In this document: positions 19,811-32,636 of the stretch, piece by piece
How the letters are laid out: each line of letters opens with the position of its first letter
Numbering within the stretch: the first letter of the stretch is position 1
From: Planctomycetota bacterium
GTDB taxonomy: Bacteria; Planctomycetota; SZUA-567; H5-PLA8
Length of the DNA stretch: 64,000 bases
Direction of reading: 5' to 3'
NCBI GenBank assembly: GCA_038227875.1
Contig: JBBRPR010000017.1
Coordinates: 1 to 64,000 of the forward strand
Translations under genes and position numbers: made by a program
Notes under the pieces: model-generated
The model's input: only the letters and a program-made list of their open reading frames with translations
Told to the model about the DNA's origin: nothing
The model's database searches: none

Positions 19811-22420
19811 ATGCGACCAGCACTTTTTCGTATCTGCATCTTGGTCGCACTCGTTTCGGTTCAAACAAGGCTCTTTGCATTCGGTGTCGAATCCCATGCA
19901 GGTTTGCGTTCCGCCGAGCGTGAAAGTCCTACGAAGATCATACTGATCTGCGGTCCGGGGATGAGCGCGTCCGAAGTCGAGAAACGGGCGCGTGTTTTTC
20001 AAATCGCCAGTTCGACCGATCGTGATTTTCAACTCGGTGTTTCCGCTGAATCCGTTCGAGTCATCAGGACTGAAGACGACGTGGTCTATCCAGACGGGTG
20101 GGGTGGGCCGAAATTTCAGCGCTATACGCTGGAAGTCAATCTACCCGCCGCATCGCCGATGAAGACAGAACACAAGTACTGGATTCGCATCAATTCGCCG
20201 AGGATCATGGCCAAGAATCGTCAAGCCTGCTACGTCGTCGAAAAAGGAGGGACGCCCGCCGACGACCTCGATCCGCGCATCGGAATTCGCGAACTGCACA
20301 TTCTTACGCCGCGCATTCTGCACGTCATCACCGGCCCGGGGCTCGATACGGCAAAGCTCTCCGATCCAGGCGTCGTTTCACTGACCTCGAGCGACGACGA
20401 CGATTTCGCCGTCGGAGTTCATCCAATCAAGATCGGCCGGCGTTCTAATCTCGACGCGTACATCTCCAACGCGTGGCCTTGGAATTTCATGCAACGCCAC
20501 GAATTGTTTTTATTATTCAATAAGGAGTTAAAGAACGGGAAGACCTACAGCGTCGATTTCACCGCCAAAGCCGGCTCGCCGGCGATCTGCGGGTTGCCGA
20601 AGGCGACGCTCCAGCTCGATGACAAGCAGACGATTAGCCTCGGTATCAAGGTCAATCAGTGCGGTTACCTCGCGAACGCCGAAGAAAAATTCGCCTACGC
20701 CGGCATGTGGATGGGTGATTTGAATGCGTGCGATTTCGAACCATACACGAAGACGTTTGAAGTTCGCGATGCCCAGTCGCATGAAGTGGTGCTCCGCGGC
20801 GCCGGCACCCTGCGAGGCAAGGCCACGTACAAGCTCGAATCTGGAAAGCTCACGCCCGATCCGAAACAAATGCCTGGGCCGGAGACCGTCCACAAGCAGG
20901 ACCTCTCGTACGAGGACGTCTACGAATTCGATCTGTCCTCTTTGAAAAAAGAAGGCCAATACTACATCGCCCTCCCAAGAATCGGCCGGAGCTTCGCGTT
21001 TCGAATCTCAAACGACGTCTATAAAGTTCCGTTTGAAACGCTGATGAACGGACTCTTTCATCAGCGTAGCGGCATCGAGCTCAGAGAGCCCTACTCGAAA
21101 AATTACAGCCCGGCCGGTCATCGCAACACCACTGAATACTCGACCTTTCGCGTCGGAATCGATCAGGATCCCTTCAAGAACTTGCCGTCGAAAGCGACCG
21201 ATGGCGTCAAGCACGATCTTTTCGGTGGCCATCACGACGCTGGCGACTGGAATCCGCGGTCGCACCTGGAAGTCGCCGAGGTACTTTTCCTGCTCTACGA
21301 AATGAACAAGCCCGCGTTCACGGACGGGCAGTTGAATATTCCCGAATCGAATAATGGCATCCCAGACATTCTCGACGAAGCATTCTGGGCCTTGGATCTC
21401 TGGACGCGCTTGCAGGATGACGACGGTGGCGTGCACAACGGCATTGAAAGCAATGGCGATCCGGATGAGTTCGATACAGCCGCCACCGACCATCTGCGCG
21501 AGTTCGCTTTTGCAAAAGATCCCGCTGCCTCGTACCGGTATGCCGCCGTTGCCGCGCAGGCGTCGATCATCTGGAAGGAACTCGATCGAGGCAGGGAGGC
21601 CACGAGTTTCCTGGAACATGCGGTGCGTGCGTGGAACTGGGCGGAGAAAAATGGCGGCGCCGCCGAACACGACCTCCACGTTTTTGCAGCAGCCATGCTC
21701 TTTCGCGCCACGAACGACACGATTTACGATGTGTCGTTCCATGCGCATTCCGTCTACGCAAAGAATCCCGCTTCGACGCCCGATGTGTATGAAAAATATG
21801 ATCAGGTTTACGGCTCGTACTATTATGCGATACTCCCAACCGCCGACGCCAAACTGAAAGCCGCGATCGTGGCCTCATTCGAAAGCGAATTCAAAGTCTG
21901 GGCCGAAGCCGCGGCGACAACGCACTACCGCTACCTGCGCAATCCCTGGGCGCCAAATACGTGGGGAACCGGCGGGCTTCCGCTGTGGCTGATCAAACCG
22001 GCGATGACGCGACAGCTCACTGGAAACGTGGAGCTCAAACGCGCCTGCCGCAACTGGATTGTTTTGACCAACGACTTCTCACTCGGTTGCGATCCACTCA
22101 ATCTCGTATTCACCGTGGGCCTCGGACAGCGCTTCGCAACCAGCGCCTGGCATCTCTTGATGCTCAATTCGCCCAACGGAATCATTCCGGGACTGCAATC
22201 TGAAGGGCCCGGAGGACACTTTACTGCTGGGTCGGCGCCGAAGGCCGGTGGTATGGGCGAGTGGCCCGGAATGAGCCTGTACCCACCAGGTCCCTGGCCC
22301 GACCTCTATAAATATTCCGAAGATGCGTCGCCGGGGATGAACGAAGGCTTGTGTACGAATATGGTCAAAACCGCGTTTGCCTATGGGCTTCTGCTGCCTC
22401 CGGCCCAACGCAAGGACTGA
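19811..22420 (+). CDS. Secreted glycoside hydrolase family 9 with N-terminal Ig-like domain
   Basis: IKVNQCGY, HQRSG, GGHHDAGDW, NNGIPDILDEA, C-terminal NE. Confidence 0.85.
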   Translation: MRPALFRICILVALVSVQTRLFAFGVESHAGLRSAERESPTKIILICGPGMSASEVEKRARVFQIASSTDRDFQLGVSAESVRVIRTEDDVVYPDGWGGPKFQRYTLEVNLPAASPMKTEHKYWIRINSPRIMAKNRQACYVVEKGGTPADDLDPRIGIRELHILTPRILHVITGPGLDTAKLSDPGVVSLTSSDDDDFAVGVHPIKIGRRSNLDAYISNAWPWNFMQRHELFLLFNKELKNGKTYSVDFTAKAGSPAICGLPKATLQLDDKQTISLGIKVNQCGYLANAEEKFAYAGMWMGDLNACDFEPYTKTFEVRDAQSHEVVLRGAGTLRGKATYKLESGKLTPDPKQMPGPETVHKQDLSYEDVYEFDLSSLKKEGQYYIALPRIGRSFAFRISNDVYKVPFETLMNGLFHQRSGIELREPYSKNYSPAGHRNTTEYSTFRVGIDQDPFKNLPSKATDGVKHDLFGGHHDAGDWNPRSHLEVAEVLFLLYEMNKPAFTDGQLNIPESNNGIPDILDEAFWALDLWTRLQDDDGGVHNGIESNGDPDEFDTAATDHLREFAFAKDPAASYRYAAVAAQASIIWKELDRGREATSFLEHAVRAWNWAEKNGGAAEHDLHVFAAAMLFRATNDTIYDVSFHAHSVYAKNPASTPDVYEKYDQVYGSYYYAILPTADAKLKAAIVASFESEFKVWAEAAATTHYRYLRNPWAPNTWGTGGLPLWLIKPAMTRQLTGNVELKRACRNWIVLTNDFSLGCDPLNLVFTVGLGQRFATSAWHLLMLNSPNGIIPGLQSEGPGGHFTAGSAPKAGGMGEWPGMSLYPPGPWPDLYKYSEDASPGMNEGLCTNMVKTAFAYGLLLPPAQRKD

Positions 22421-22510
22421 TTACATTGACCACGGCCGTGCCCGATTTGCCAATGCGATACGCCCGGGTTGCGAAGACAGCGCAGAGTCGGCGGCGATAT
22501 ATTCGGCGCC

Positions 22511-23743
22511 ATGAAAACCAACGAGCTCAACCCCGCTTCCGTGCAAGATCCTGTCGTCCGCGTCTCCGAATTCGGAGGACTGGACATCGCCTCGTCCGTG
22601 CAGCGGTTGCGCAACTACCATTGCGTCGAACGGCGCTGCATCAAGGTGCTCGCCGGATGGTTCCTCCGCGCGCCGGCCTACGAGACAAAGTACGCGCTCG
22701 GCTACCATCTCTGGGACCACGCTGAACACGTGACGTGGATTCGTTCGCGACTGGTGGAAATGCGTGGCGGACAGCCAGACGCGTCCGTCGCACCAGGCTT
22801 GCGCGCGGTGCTCGACGAAGCGCTGCACGCGCCCGACACCGACGCAATGCTGCGCGGCGTTTACGGCGTGATCAAGCGCGCGTTGCTGGCGGCATATCAG
22901 GAGCATCTTACACTCGCAGACGCTTCCGCCAACGCGGCCGAAGTGCGCCTGCTGCGGCGCATCGTGCCGGAAATTGAGGCGCAGTTGAAATGGTACGACG
23001 GGTTGAAACTGGAGACTCAGCCTTGTGCCTGGCAAGAGTACATTCGTGCTCAACTGGCGGCCGCGGGTGGAATTTGCGGCAATGCAACGACGGACTCCGC
23101 GCCCCAGGCGAACGCGCCGCGCACACTGTTCGCGCGACCGAAGACGATCCTTTTCGACCAGCGTATTCGCATCGGCGATTTGACGCCCTATGAAGTCCGC
23201 AAAACCATGGACGCGCGCGGCGCGACCGTCGAGCAGTTCAAAGTCTTCTTTAATGAACTTTATGCGGCCGCGCTGCTGGCGAGCATTCTGTTCGACGCGT
23301 TCGACGATGGCTACCCGTGGGAATTCTACAGCGACTTCTCGCACCATTTCTGGGACGAAGTCCGCCATTCCGAATTCGGCGCGCTGCGCCTGACGGAACT
23401 CGGTGACAAGCCGTCGGTTTGCAATCCGACGCTTTTTGAAACATCCGAGAGTCTGCCTGTGTTGCATCGCATCTGCTATCTGACGCTGGGGCTGGAAGTT
23501 TACTTTATGCCGCGCAAACAACCCCGCGTGCGCGAGTACGCCGCCAACGGCGACGCGCGCAGCCAGCTCTTCGCCGATCAGGACTGGTCCGACGAGACCA
23601 CGCATGTCTGGTACGGAAAGAAGTGGATCGATTTTCTGCTGAAAGACGACCAGCGTGGCGTGGACGATTTGCAGCTCGAGATTCGCGAGCATTTGGAGCG
23701 CGTCACCGGACGCAAACACGACGCGATCTCGGCGCCGTATTGA
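22511..23743 (+). CDS. Ferritin-like (DUF455-like) di-iron domain protein
   Basis: WDHAEH, WDEVRH, DETTHV (ExxH) motifs. Confidence 0.7.
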   Translation: MKTNELNPASVQDPVVRVSEFGGLDIASSVQRLRNYHCVERRCIKVLAGWFLRAPAYETKYALGYHLWDHAEHVTWIRSRLVEMRGGQPDASVAPGLRAVLDEALHAPDTDAMLRGVYGVIKRALLAAYQEHLTLADASANAAEVRLLRRIVPEIEAQLKWYDGLKLETQPCAWQEYIRAQLAAAGGICGNATTDSAPQANAPRTLFARPKTILFDQRIRIGDLTPYEVRKTMDARGATVEQFKVFFNELYAAALLASILFDAFDDGYPWEFYSDFSHHFWDEVRHSEFGALRLTELGDKPSVCNPTLFETSESLPVLHRICYLTLGLEVYFMPRKQPRVREYAANGDARSQLFADQDWSDETTHVWYGKKWIDFLLKDDQRGVDDLQLEIREHLERVTGRKHDAISAPY

Positions 23744-23786
23744 CGGCGAGGACTGAGCTTACGGCGCCTCGCTTCGCTCAATAGGT

Positions 23787-23853
23787 CCGCGTGTGAAAAT
23801 TTACGCGCTGGTTAAAATCCAACACCCTGTAACGAATTCGTTACAGGGTTACC
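23787..23853. repeat. Palindrome cassette element including perfect 26-bp ACCCTGTAACGAATTCGTTACAGGGT (23824-23849)
   Basis: Shares linker GCTGGTTAA..TCCAAC and end ACAGGGTT(A/G)CC with the element at 42700-42790. Confidence 0.7.
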
Positions 23854-23855
23854 GA

Positions 23856-23894
23856 AATAAAACTCGCCGCTAAAAGCGGCGAGTTTGTTTTATT
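23856..23894. terminator. Bidirectional intrinsic terminator between convergent genes
   Basis: AAACTCGCCGC-TAAAA-GCGGCGAGTTT with A-rich and T-rich flanks. Confidence 0.8.
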
Positions 23895-23931
23895 CGACAT
23901 TCGTTCCATTCATCATTCATAGTTCATCGCT

Positions 23932-25350
23932 TCAAATGTCCGTTGCCATCCCGAACGCTTGCGCACTGGCTTCCTTGACGGCTTCGGCCAGCGTTGGATG
24001 CGCGTGGACCGTGGCGAGGATCTCTTCGTAAGTACATTCCAGACGCAACGCGAGTCCCAGTTCGGCGATCAGGTCACTGGCTCGACCATGGAGAATGTGG
24101 CCGCCGAGCAGCTCGCCGTGCTTCTTCCCGTAGATCAGTTTCACCATGCCCTCTTCGTCACCAGCCGCGACAGCCATGCCGCTGGCCAGGAAGGGAAACT
24201 TGCCGACGACATAATCGACCTTCTTGGCCTTGCACTGCTCTTCGGTCAGGCCGATCGACGCGTACTGTGGATGGCAATAGGTGCATCCGGGGATCTGGTT
24301 CTTGTCGATGCCTGCGAAAGCATGGCCTGCGGCGAGTTCCGCGACGCCATGGCCTTCGGCGCTGGCCTTGTGCGCCAGCAGGGGAGGTCCGGCGACGTCG
24401 CCGATCGCGAAGATATTCTTGATGCTCGAGCGGTTCAGCGCATCGACGACGACAAAGCCGCGGTCGGTTTTCACGCCCACTTTTTCCAGGCCGATCTCTT
24501 CGATGTTGCCGGTCATGCCGACGGCCGATAAGCAGAGTTCGGCTTCAATCGCCGTGCCCGCGGAGCCGGACGCAGCAGCGGCCGGAATGATCGTCGCCTT
24601 GATGCCCGTGGCGCTCACGCTGACTTTGTCCAGCTTGCTGCCGGTCGCGATCGTGATGCCGCGCTTGGCCAGCGATTTGGCGAGCAGGCCGCTGAGTTCG
24701 CGATCATTGAGCGGCAGGATGGTGTCTTGGAATTCGACCACGGTAACTTTCGTGCCCATTACCGCGTAAAAGTACGCGAACTCAATTCCAATCGCACCGG
24801 CGCCGACGATCAACATCGTGGCTGGCGCTTTGGGTTGGACCATCGCTTCGCGGGCAGTGATCACAATTTTGCCGTCGGGTTTCAGGTCGGGAAGATTCTT
24901 TGGGCGCGCGCCGGTGGCCAGGACGACGGTCTTGGCAGTGATCTTCTGCACGCCGTCCTTGGTCGCGACGTCGATGGTGGTCGGGCTGGTCAGCGTGGCT
25001 TTGCCGATAAGGCTGTCGACTTTGTACTTCTTGAAGAGACCGCCGATACCTTTATTGAATTTGCCCGCGATATCGCGGCTCCGGCCGACGATCTTGGTGA
25101 AATCGTAGCTGACGTTATCGACCTTGATGCCGAACTTGTCGGCGTGCTTGATTTCGTCGAGGAGTTCGGCGGAACGGATCAGCGCCTTGGTGGGAATGCA
25201 GCCCCAGTTGAGACAGACGCCGCCGAGCAGGTCCTTTTCAATGCAGAGCGTCTTTTGACCCAGCTGCGCGGCGCGGATGGCGGAGACGTAACCGCCGGGG
25301 CCGCCGCCGATGACGACGAAATCGTACGTAGAAGTGGAACCCTGAGCCAT
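23932..25350 (-). CDS. lpdA: Dihydrolipoyl dehydrogenase
   Basis: IGGGPGGY, GGVCLNWGCIPTK, LAHKA, HAHPTLAE. Confidence 0.97.
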   Translation of the reverse strand: MAQGSTSTYDFVVIGGGPGGYVSAIRAAQLGQKTLCIEKDLLGGVCLNWGCIPTKALIRSAELLDEIKHADKFGIKVDNVSYDFTKIVGRSRDIAGKFNKGIGGLFKKYKVDSLIGKATLTSPTTIDVATKDGVQKITAKTVVLATGARPKNLPDLKPDGKIVITAREAMVQPKAPATMLIVGAGAIGIEFAYFYAVMGTKVTVVEFQDTILPLNDRELSGLLAKSLAKRGITIATGSKLDKVSVSATGIKATIIPAAAASGSAGTAIEAELCLSAVGMTGNIEEIGLEKVGVKTDRGFVVVDALNRSSIKNIFAIGDVAGPPLLAHKASAEGHGVAELAAGHAFAGIDKNQIPGCTYCHPQYASIGLTEEQCKAKKVDYVVGKFPFLASGMAVAAGDEEGMVKLIYGKKHGELLGGHILHGRASDLIAELGLALRLECTYEEILATVHAHPTLAEAVKEASAQAFGMATDI

Positions 25351-25543
25351 GAAAACACGACCTCCCCGAACTGGAATGCGGTACTGTTAATGGGTGAACA
25401 CGTGCACGTGAGGATAGAGGAGGGGGACTTCCGCAGAAAGCGTAGTTTCGAGGGACGGCGAACTGCGCTGGCAGGCCCTGCCCGCGCGGCTATTTTTAGA
25501 CGGTCGCGCGAAACATTTCCGTTCCGATTTCCGAGGTGTCGTC

Positions 25544-26749
25544 ATGCGCAGTTTGATCGTGCCGTTGCTCCTCACCGCCTCGCTGGCCGGCGCCGCCGAC
25601 TGGCCGCAATTCAACGGGCCCAGCGCCAACTGTTCGTCGCCGGAAACGGGGATCAACAAAGAGTGGCGGCGCGCGCTGCCCAAAGAAGTTTGGCGCATCA
25701 CGCTCGGCGACCACGGTTACGGCGGGCCTTCGGTAGCGGACGGCAAGCTTTTTATCGTCGATCACAAGGAGAACACGGACATTCTCCGCGCTGTCGACAT
25801 CAATATCGGCAAAGACGCGTGGACGTTCGAATATCCCAACGCCGGGCCCGAAGAAGAGTACGGGTACACGCGCTCGACGCCGGTGATTTCCGAAAACAAG
25901 GTGTATGTGCTCTCGCGCCACGGACTGCTGCAGTGCGTCGATTCCAAGGGGCAGAAAGTCTGGAGCAAGGATCTGGTCGCGGATTTCCAGGGTAAGCGGC
26001 CCTTCTTCTATTATTCGCATTCGCCGCTGGTGGATTCCAATCATCTCGTGGTCTGTCCGGGTGGCGCGAATGCGGCGATGGTCTGTCTCGATAAGAATTC
26101 CGGGAAGGAAATCTGGCGCGGCGGCGGAAGCGAACCCGGCGGCTACTGCACGCCGGTGCTGGCGGTGCTCAATGGCAAGAAGCAATACGTGGTCTTCACC
26201 GGCGTCAGCGTGATCGGCGTCGACGCGGAGAACGGTAAGCTGGTCTGGCGTCACCCCTGGCGCACGCAGTTCGATCTGAACATTGCCACGCCAGTGATCA
26301 GCGGCGACACGGTTTTCATTTCCAGCGACTACGATCACGGCTGCGCACTGCTGTCAATCGCCGGCGAGAAGGTGAACGTGGTCTGGGAAAACAAGCTGAT
26401 GGCGACGCATTTCAATTCGCCGCTGCTGACCGATGGCTGTTATTACGGCAACAGCGGCAATGCTACCAAAGCAGGAGAAATGGTCTGCCTCGACGCAAAG
26501 ACGGGCAACGCGTGCTGGGCGCAACAAGGCTTCGAAGCTGGCGGAATCATCAGCGTCGACGGCGTCTTTTTCGCACTCAACGGGCGCACGGGCGAGCTCT
26601 TGATGATCAAGCCGGACCGGCAGAGATACACCGAGATCGGTCACATGCGCGGCCTCGGCGGGCAGAGCTGGACGGCCCCGATCTTCGCAGACGGAAAGCT
26701 GTTCATTCGCAACCGGGACGGGCTCGGCTGTTATAATTTGAAGCAGTAA
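25544..26749 (+). CDS. PQQ-binding-like beta-propeller repeat protein
   Basis: Signal peptide then ADWPQFNGP, STPVI, SPLV, WTAPIFADGKLFIRN. Confidence 0.9.
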   Translation: MRSLIVPLLLTASLAGAADWPQFNGPSANCSSPETGINKEWRRALPKEVWRITLGDHGYGGPSVADGKLFIVDHKENTDILRAVDINIGKDAWTFEYPNAGPEEEYGYTRSTPVISENKVYVLSRHGLLQCVDSKGQKVWSKDLVADFQGKRPFFYYSHSPLVDSNHLVVCPGGANAAMVCLDKNSGKEIWRGGGSEPGGYCTPVLAVLNGKKQYVVFTGVSVIGVDAENGKLVWRHPWRTQFDLNIATPVISGDTVFISSDYDHGCALLSIAGEKVNVVWENKLMATHFNSPLLTDGCYYGNSGNATKAGEMVCLDAKTGNACWAQQGFEAGGIISVDGVFFALNGRTGELLMIKPDRQRYTEIGHMRGLGGQSWTAPIFADGKLFIRNRDGLGCYNLKQ

Positions 26750-26861
26750 GTCCCGGATAGTTTTGAGTGTTGAGTTTCTTGTTTTGAGTTACGAAATCGC
26801 GGCGGCCGATCTTGCCATGTATTGCTTGTCTTTTGCTGTGAAATGGGGTTAGAATTCCGCC

Positions 26862-27598
26862 ATGAGCGAAATGCGAGCTCCCGCCGGATCGGCACCGGCA
26901 TCGTTCTCTGAGCGCTTCTTCTGGCTCATCGCCGCGCTGGCATCCTTGGCGCTCGGCGGGTTCGTCTATGTTGCGTCGCTGATGTTTTCGTCGCCGTACA
27001 AAAATCTTCCTGCAACGCCCGCGGTCGCAGTGTCGAAAGCGCCTGCGTCCGAAGCTTCAAAAGAAGTGAAAGTCGCCGACGCTCCCGTTGCCAGGGAAGT
27101 GAAACCCGAAGCACCGAAAGCTGCTGAGCCAGCACCGGCACCAGCACCTGCAGTGGCTGCGCCTGCCGCACCCGACAGTGACGCGCCTGCCTCGGATTCC
27201 GAACTGAGCGTGCCGAAGAAGCCGGATGCGCCCGACGTGAATCCGTACATGGTTCCGGAAAACAAGCCCTTCCTCTCGCACGACATGTTTGGAAGAAACC
27301 GCAACCCGGTGCCGCCAAGCCCGCTGTCGCGGCCGCCGCTCCGGCCAAGCCGAAAGTTCCCGGCAAGCCTGACGAGAAGCCCAAGACCACGCTGGCCTCC
27401 CGCACGATCGAATCAACTCCCGTAAGCTCCTCGACATCGGTGCCGGCGTTTCGCGGCAAGATTTACGTTCTGCGCGACGGCCGCCGCATTCCCACGGTCT
27501 CCACAGTGGATCTCGGCGATTCGTACGGCGTGAAGGACCTCAACAGTTCGTACATCACGATTCCGAAAGCGGATGTCTCCGAAGTCGTCAATCGCTGA
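26862..27598 (+). pseudogene. Membrane-anchored Pro/Ala-rich protein with an apparent -1 frameshift near 27292
   Basis: After ..HDMFG the -1 frame gives KKPQPGAAKPAVAAAAPAKPK...RGKIYVLRDGRRIPTV...IPKADVSEVVNR* (TGA 27596-27598), continuing the same composition. Confidence 0.7.
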
Positions 27599-27618
27599 CA
27601 CGTACGTTTCTGAATTTC

Positions 27619-28062
27619 TTACGCGTCGACGAGCAAATGCTTGCGCAGCATCTTGCCGCTGTCGGCGCTCACAATATCCGCCAGCGTGTGAGTATCGAGC
27701 ACGCCGACGAACGCCTCGCCGGCATCGTGCAGGATCCCTTTGAGTTTGCAGACGGGCGTGATCGGGCAGGTGTTGTTCGTCCGGTCGAAGCACTCGACCA
27801 GATTCATGCTCGGTTCGATCGCGCGCAGGACTTCACCCAAGCGAATCTGTTCGGGATCGCGCGCGAGTTCCAACCCGCCCGTCCGGCCATGGCTGATCTT
27901 CACGTAGCCGTGCTTTTCGAGACTCTGGACCACGCGTACGAGATGGTTCTTGGAAATACCGTACGCGTTGCTGATCTGCTGCGTGGTGACACGCCTTCCC
28001 CGGTGAGCAGCGAGGAAGATCAGGGTCCGCAACGCGTAGTCAAAATGCAGCGTCAGATGCAT
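27619..28062 (-). CDS. nsrR: Rrf2 family NO-responsive regulator (NsrR-like)
   Basis: DYALRTLIFL, YGISKNHL, GRTGG, three Fe-S Cys in VECF..NTCPITPVC; downstream of a globin gene. Confidence 0.8.
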   Translation of the reverse strand: MHLTLHFDYALRTLIFLAAHRGRRVTTQQISNAYGISKNHLVRVVQSLEKHGYVKISHGRTGGLELARDPEQIRLGEVLRAIEPSMNLVECFDRTNNTCPITPVCKLKGILHDAGEAFVGVLDTHTLADIVSADSGKMLRKHLLVDA

Positions 28063-28099
28063 ATGGATTTCATACCTCTGGTGCGACGCCACACAAGTT

Positions 28100-28465
28100 T
28101 CAACGGTTCAAAACATCGTCGCGAACGCTGTTGGCAATGCGCGCGACTTCCGTGATGTCGTCGTCGCCGACCCCGAGTTCCTTCAAAGTCGCGCCGAGCA
28201 GTTCGATCACCGCGTCGACGTGGCTGTCGTTAAGTCCTCGCTTGAGCAGATGAACATGGCCCAGGCGCATGTCCTTGCCGGAGTAATGCGCCGGTCCACC
28301 GAAGACCATGGTCAGGAAGCCTTTCTGCTTGGCGGCCTGCTGGGTCATGTCGATGTCGTTGAAAAAATAATTGATGCGCGGATCGGCGAGGACCTTTTTG
28401 TAGAAAATGCCAACCGCGGCATCCATAGCCGGTTCGCCGCCCAGACGTTCGTACAGTGAGCTCAT
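28100..28465 (-). CDS. glbN: Group 1 truncated hemoglobin
   Basis: SLYERLGG, FYKKVLADPRINYFF, FGGPAHYSGKDM..H; SD GGAGG. Confidence 0.92.
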   Translation of the reverse strand: MSSLYERLGGEPAMDAAVGIFYKKVLADPRINYFFNDIDMTQQAAKQKGFLTMVFGGPAHYSGKDMRLGHVHLLKRGLNDSHVDAVIELLGATLKELGVGDDDITEVARIANSVRDDVLNR

Positions 28466-28481
28466 GAATCCCTCCTCCATA

Positions 28482-28504
28482 AAGTTGCATACGATATACA
28501 ACTT
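28482..28504. promoter_or_regulatory. NsrR-type operator (11-1-11 inverted repeat AAGTTGCATAC-G-ATATACAACTT)
   Basis: Resembles the NsrR consensus AAGATGCATTTnAAATGCATCTT; sits just upstream of the glbN SD. Confidence 0.75.
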
Positions 28505-28862
28505 AAAGTTGGCACGCGCCAGCGGAATCCATTCCCAAACGTATATTTATGTAAACAGGTTCGTCCTTGCCTTTTCTCATTCGTGGGGTTTATTGAATGC
28601 GTATGAATAGGCGCCGCACCACAAATCTCGCCGCCATCTGCCCCTCGGAGGGTTGCCGGTCGCGCATGCCTGGTTTTCTGGCCAGAATCCTGCGCGACCG
28701 CGCGGTTCGACAGTCCATCTAATAAGACTCTTCGCTCTTCCAATCACAACTTTTAAACGTTCAGGAATTTGTTCTGTCTGAAGCTCCGTTTCGGCGCTTT
28801 CGTCGCAAATTTCAAAAGGACCATTACACTAGGGGAATCTTAATCCCGGACTGAGGCTAACC

Positions 28863-31736
<2,874 letters not shown>

Positions 31737-31743
31737 GGTTCTT

Positions 31744-31877
31744 AATCTCACGCAAAGCCGCTAAGACGCACAGAACAGCAGTGAATGAGTAGGAGAGACG
31801 CACGATTCCAGAACCTTAGCAGTTTGCAGTTCTTTGCGTCTTTGCGTCTTTGCGTCTTGGCGGCTTTGCGTGAGATT
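31744..31877. repeat. Inverted-repeat element built from octamers (CTTTGCGT)n
   Basis: AATCTCACGCAAAGCCGCTAAGACGCA ... TTTGCGTCTTTGCGTCTTTGCGTCTTGGCGGCTTTGCGTGAGATT. Confidence 0.8.
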
Positions 31878-31908
31878 TAAAAGTACGTTTGAAGCAAGGG
31901 AGTGTTTC

Positions 31909-32589
31909 ATGAAGCAGTGGTTCGTCCTGGCTCTAACGATTTTCACGGTGAGCTCGGCTGTCTTCGCCGCCGACACATCGGTCCGGCAGCCGGTGTTTCT
32001 GATCTGTCCGGCGGAGCACGGTTACAGCGCGTGGTCGGTGGATCTGGATTGCGACGCGACGGATCGAAGCAAGATTCTTTCGATCAGCATTGAAAAGTTG
32101 AAGCGGAAGAACGCCAAGGATTCGACGTTCGCCGAAGTGGTGAAGGCGCAGTTCGATCCCAAGACCGAACGCGAACAGATTGCCATGCTGGACGTCAAGG
32201 ATTTCGGAACCGGGACCTTGTCGGTGAAGAAAGACGAGGCGCTGTCCATTCAATTGAAGCCCGCGACAGAGGGCGATTACCACCTGCAGATCAATCTGCG
32301 TGTTGGCGTCGCCGCGGCCGACCACTTTTACATCGGCGGCAAAGAACAGTCGAAACGCGATGTTGTGCTGCATTTCGATAAAGCCAAGAATAAGTGGAGC
32401 GCGTACGCGGCTGTGCTGGAAGACACGGCTGGCAAAAACGCGATCGCCGGTGCCAAAAAACCGATGGCCGGCATCGTCTTTCCGGTCAATCAGGCTTCCG
32501 GAATCAGCAAGGTCGTCGGGGTGCTCAATACCGACGACGCCATTGATCTCTTTGAAAAGCCGGATACCGCGCCCAAGCCTTCGGAATAA
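31909..32589 (+). CDS. Secreted hypothetical protein
   Basis: SD GGGAG; signal peptide MKQWFVLALTIFTVSSAVFA. Confidence 0.8.
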   Translation: MKQWFVLALTIFTVSSAVFAADTSVRQPVFLICPAEHGYSAWSVDLDCDATDRSKILSISIEKLKRKNAKDSTFAEVVKAQFDPKTEREQIAMLDVKDFGTGTLSVKKDEALSIQLKPATEGDYHLQINLRVGVAAADHFYIGGKEQSKRDVVLHFDKAKNKWSAYAAVLEDTAGKNAIAGAKKPMAGIVFPVNQASGISKVVGVLNTDDAIDLFEKPDTAPKPSE

Positions 32590-32636
32590 TCGGCGCCAGA
32601 ATTCAGAACGCACCCGATCTCGCATTAAAGGAAACC

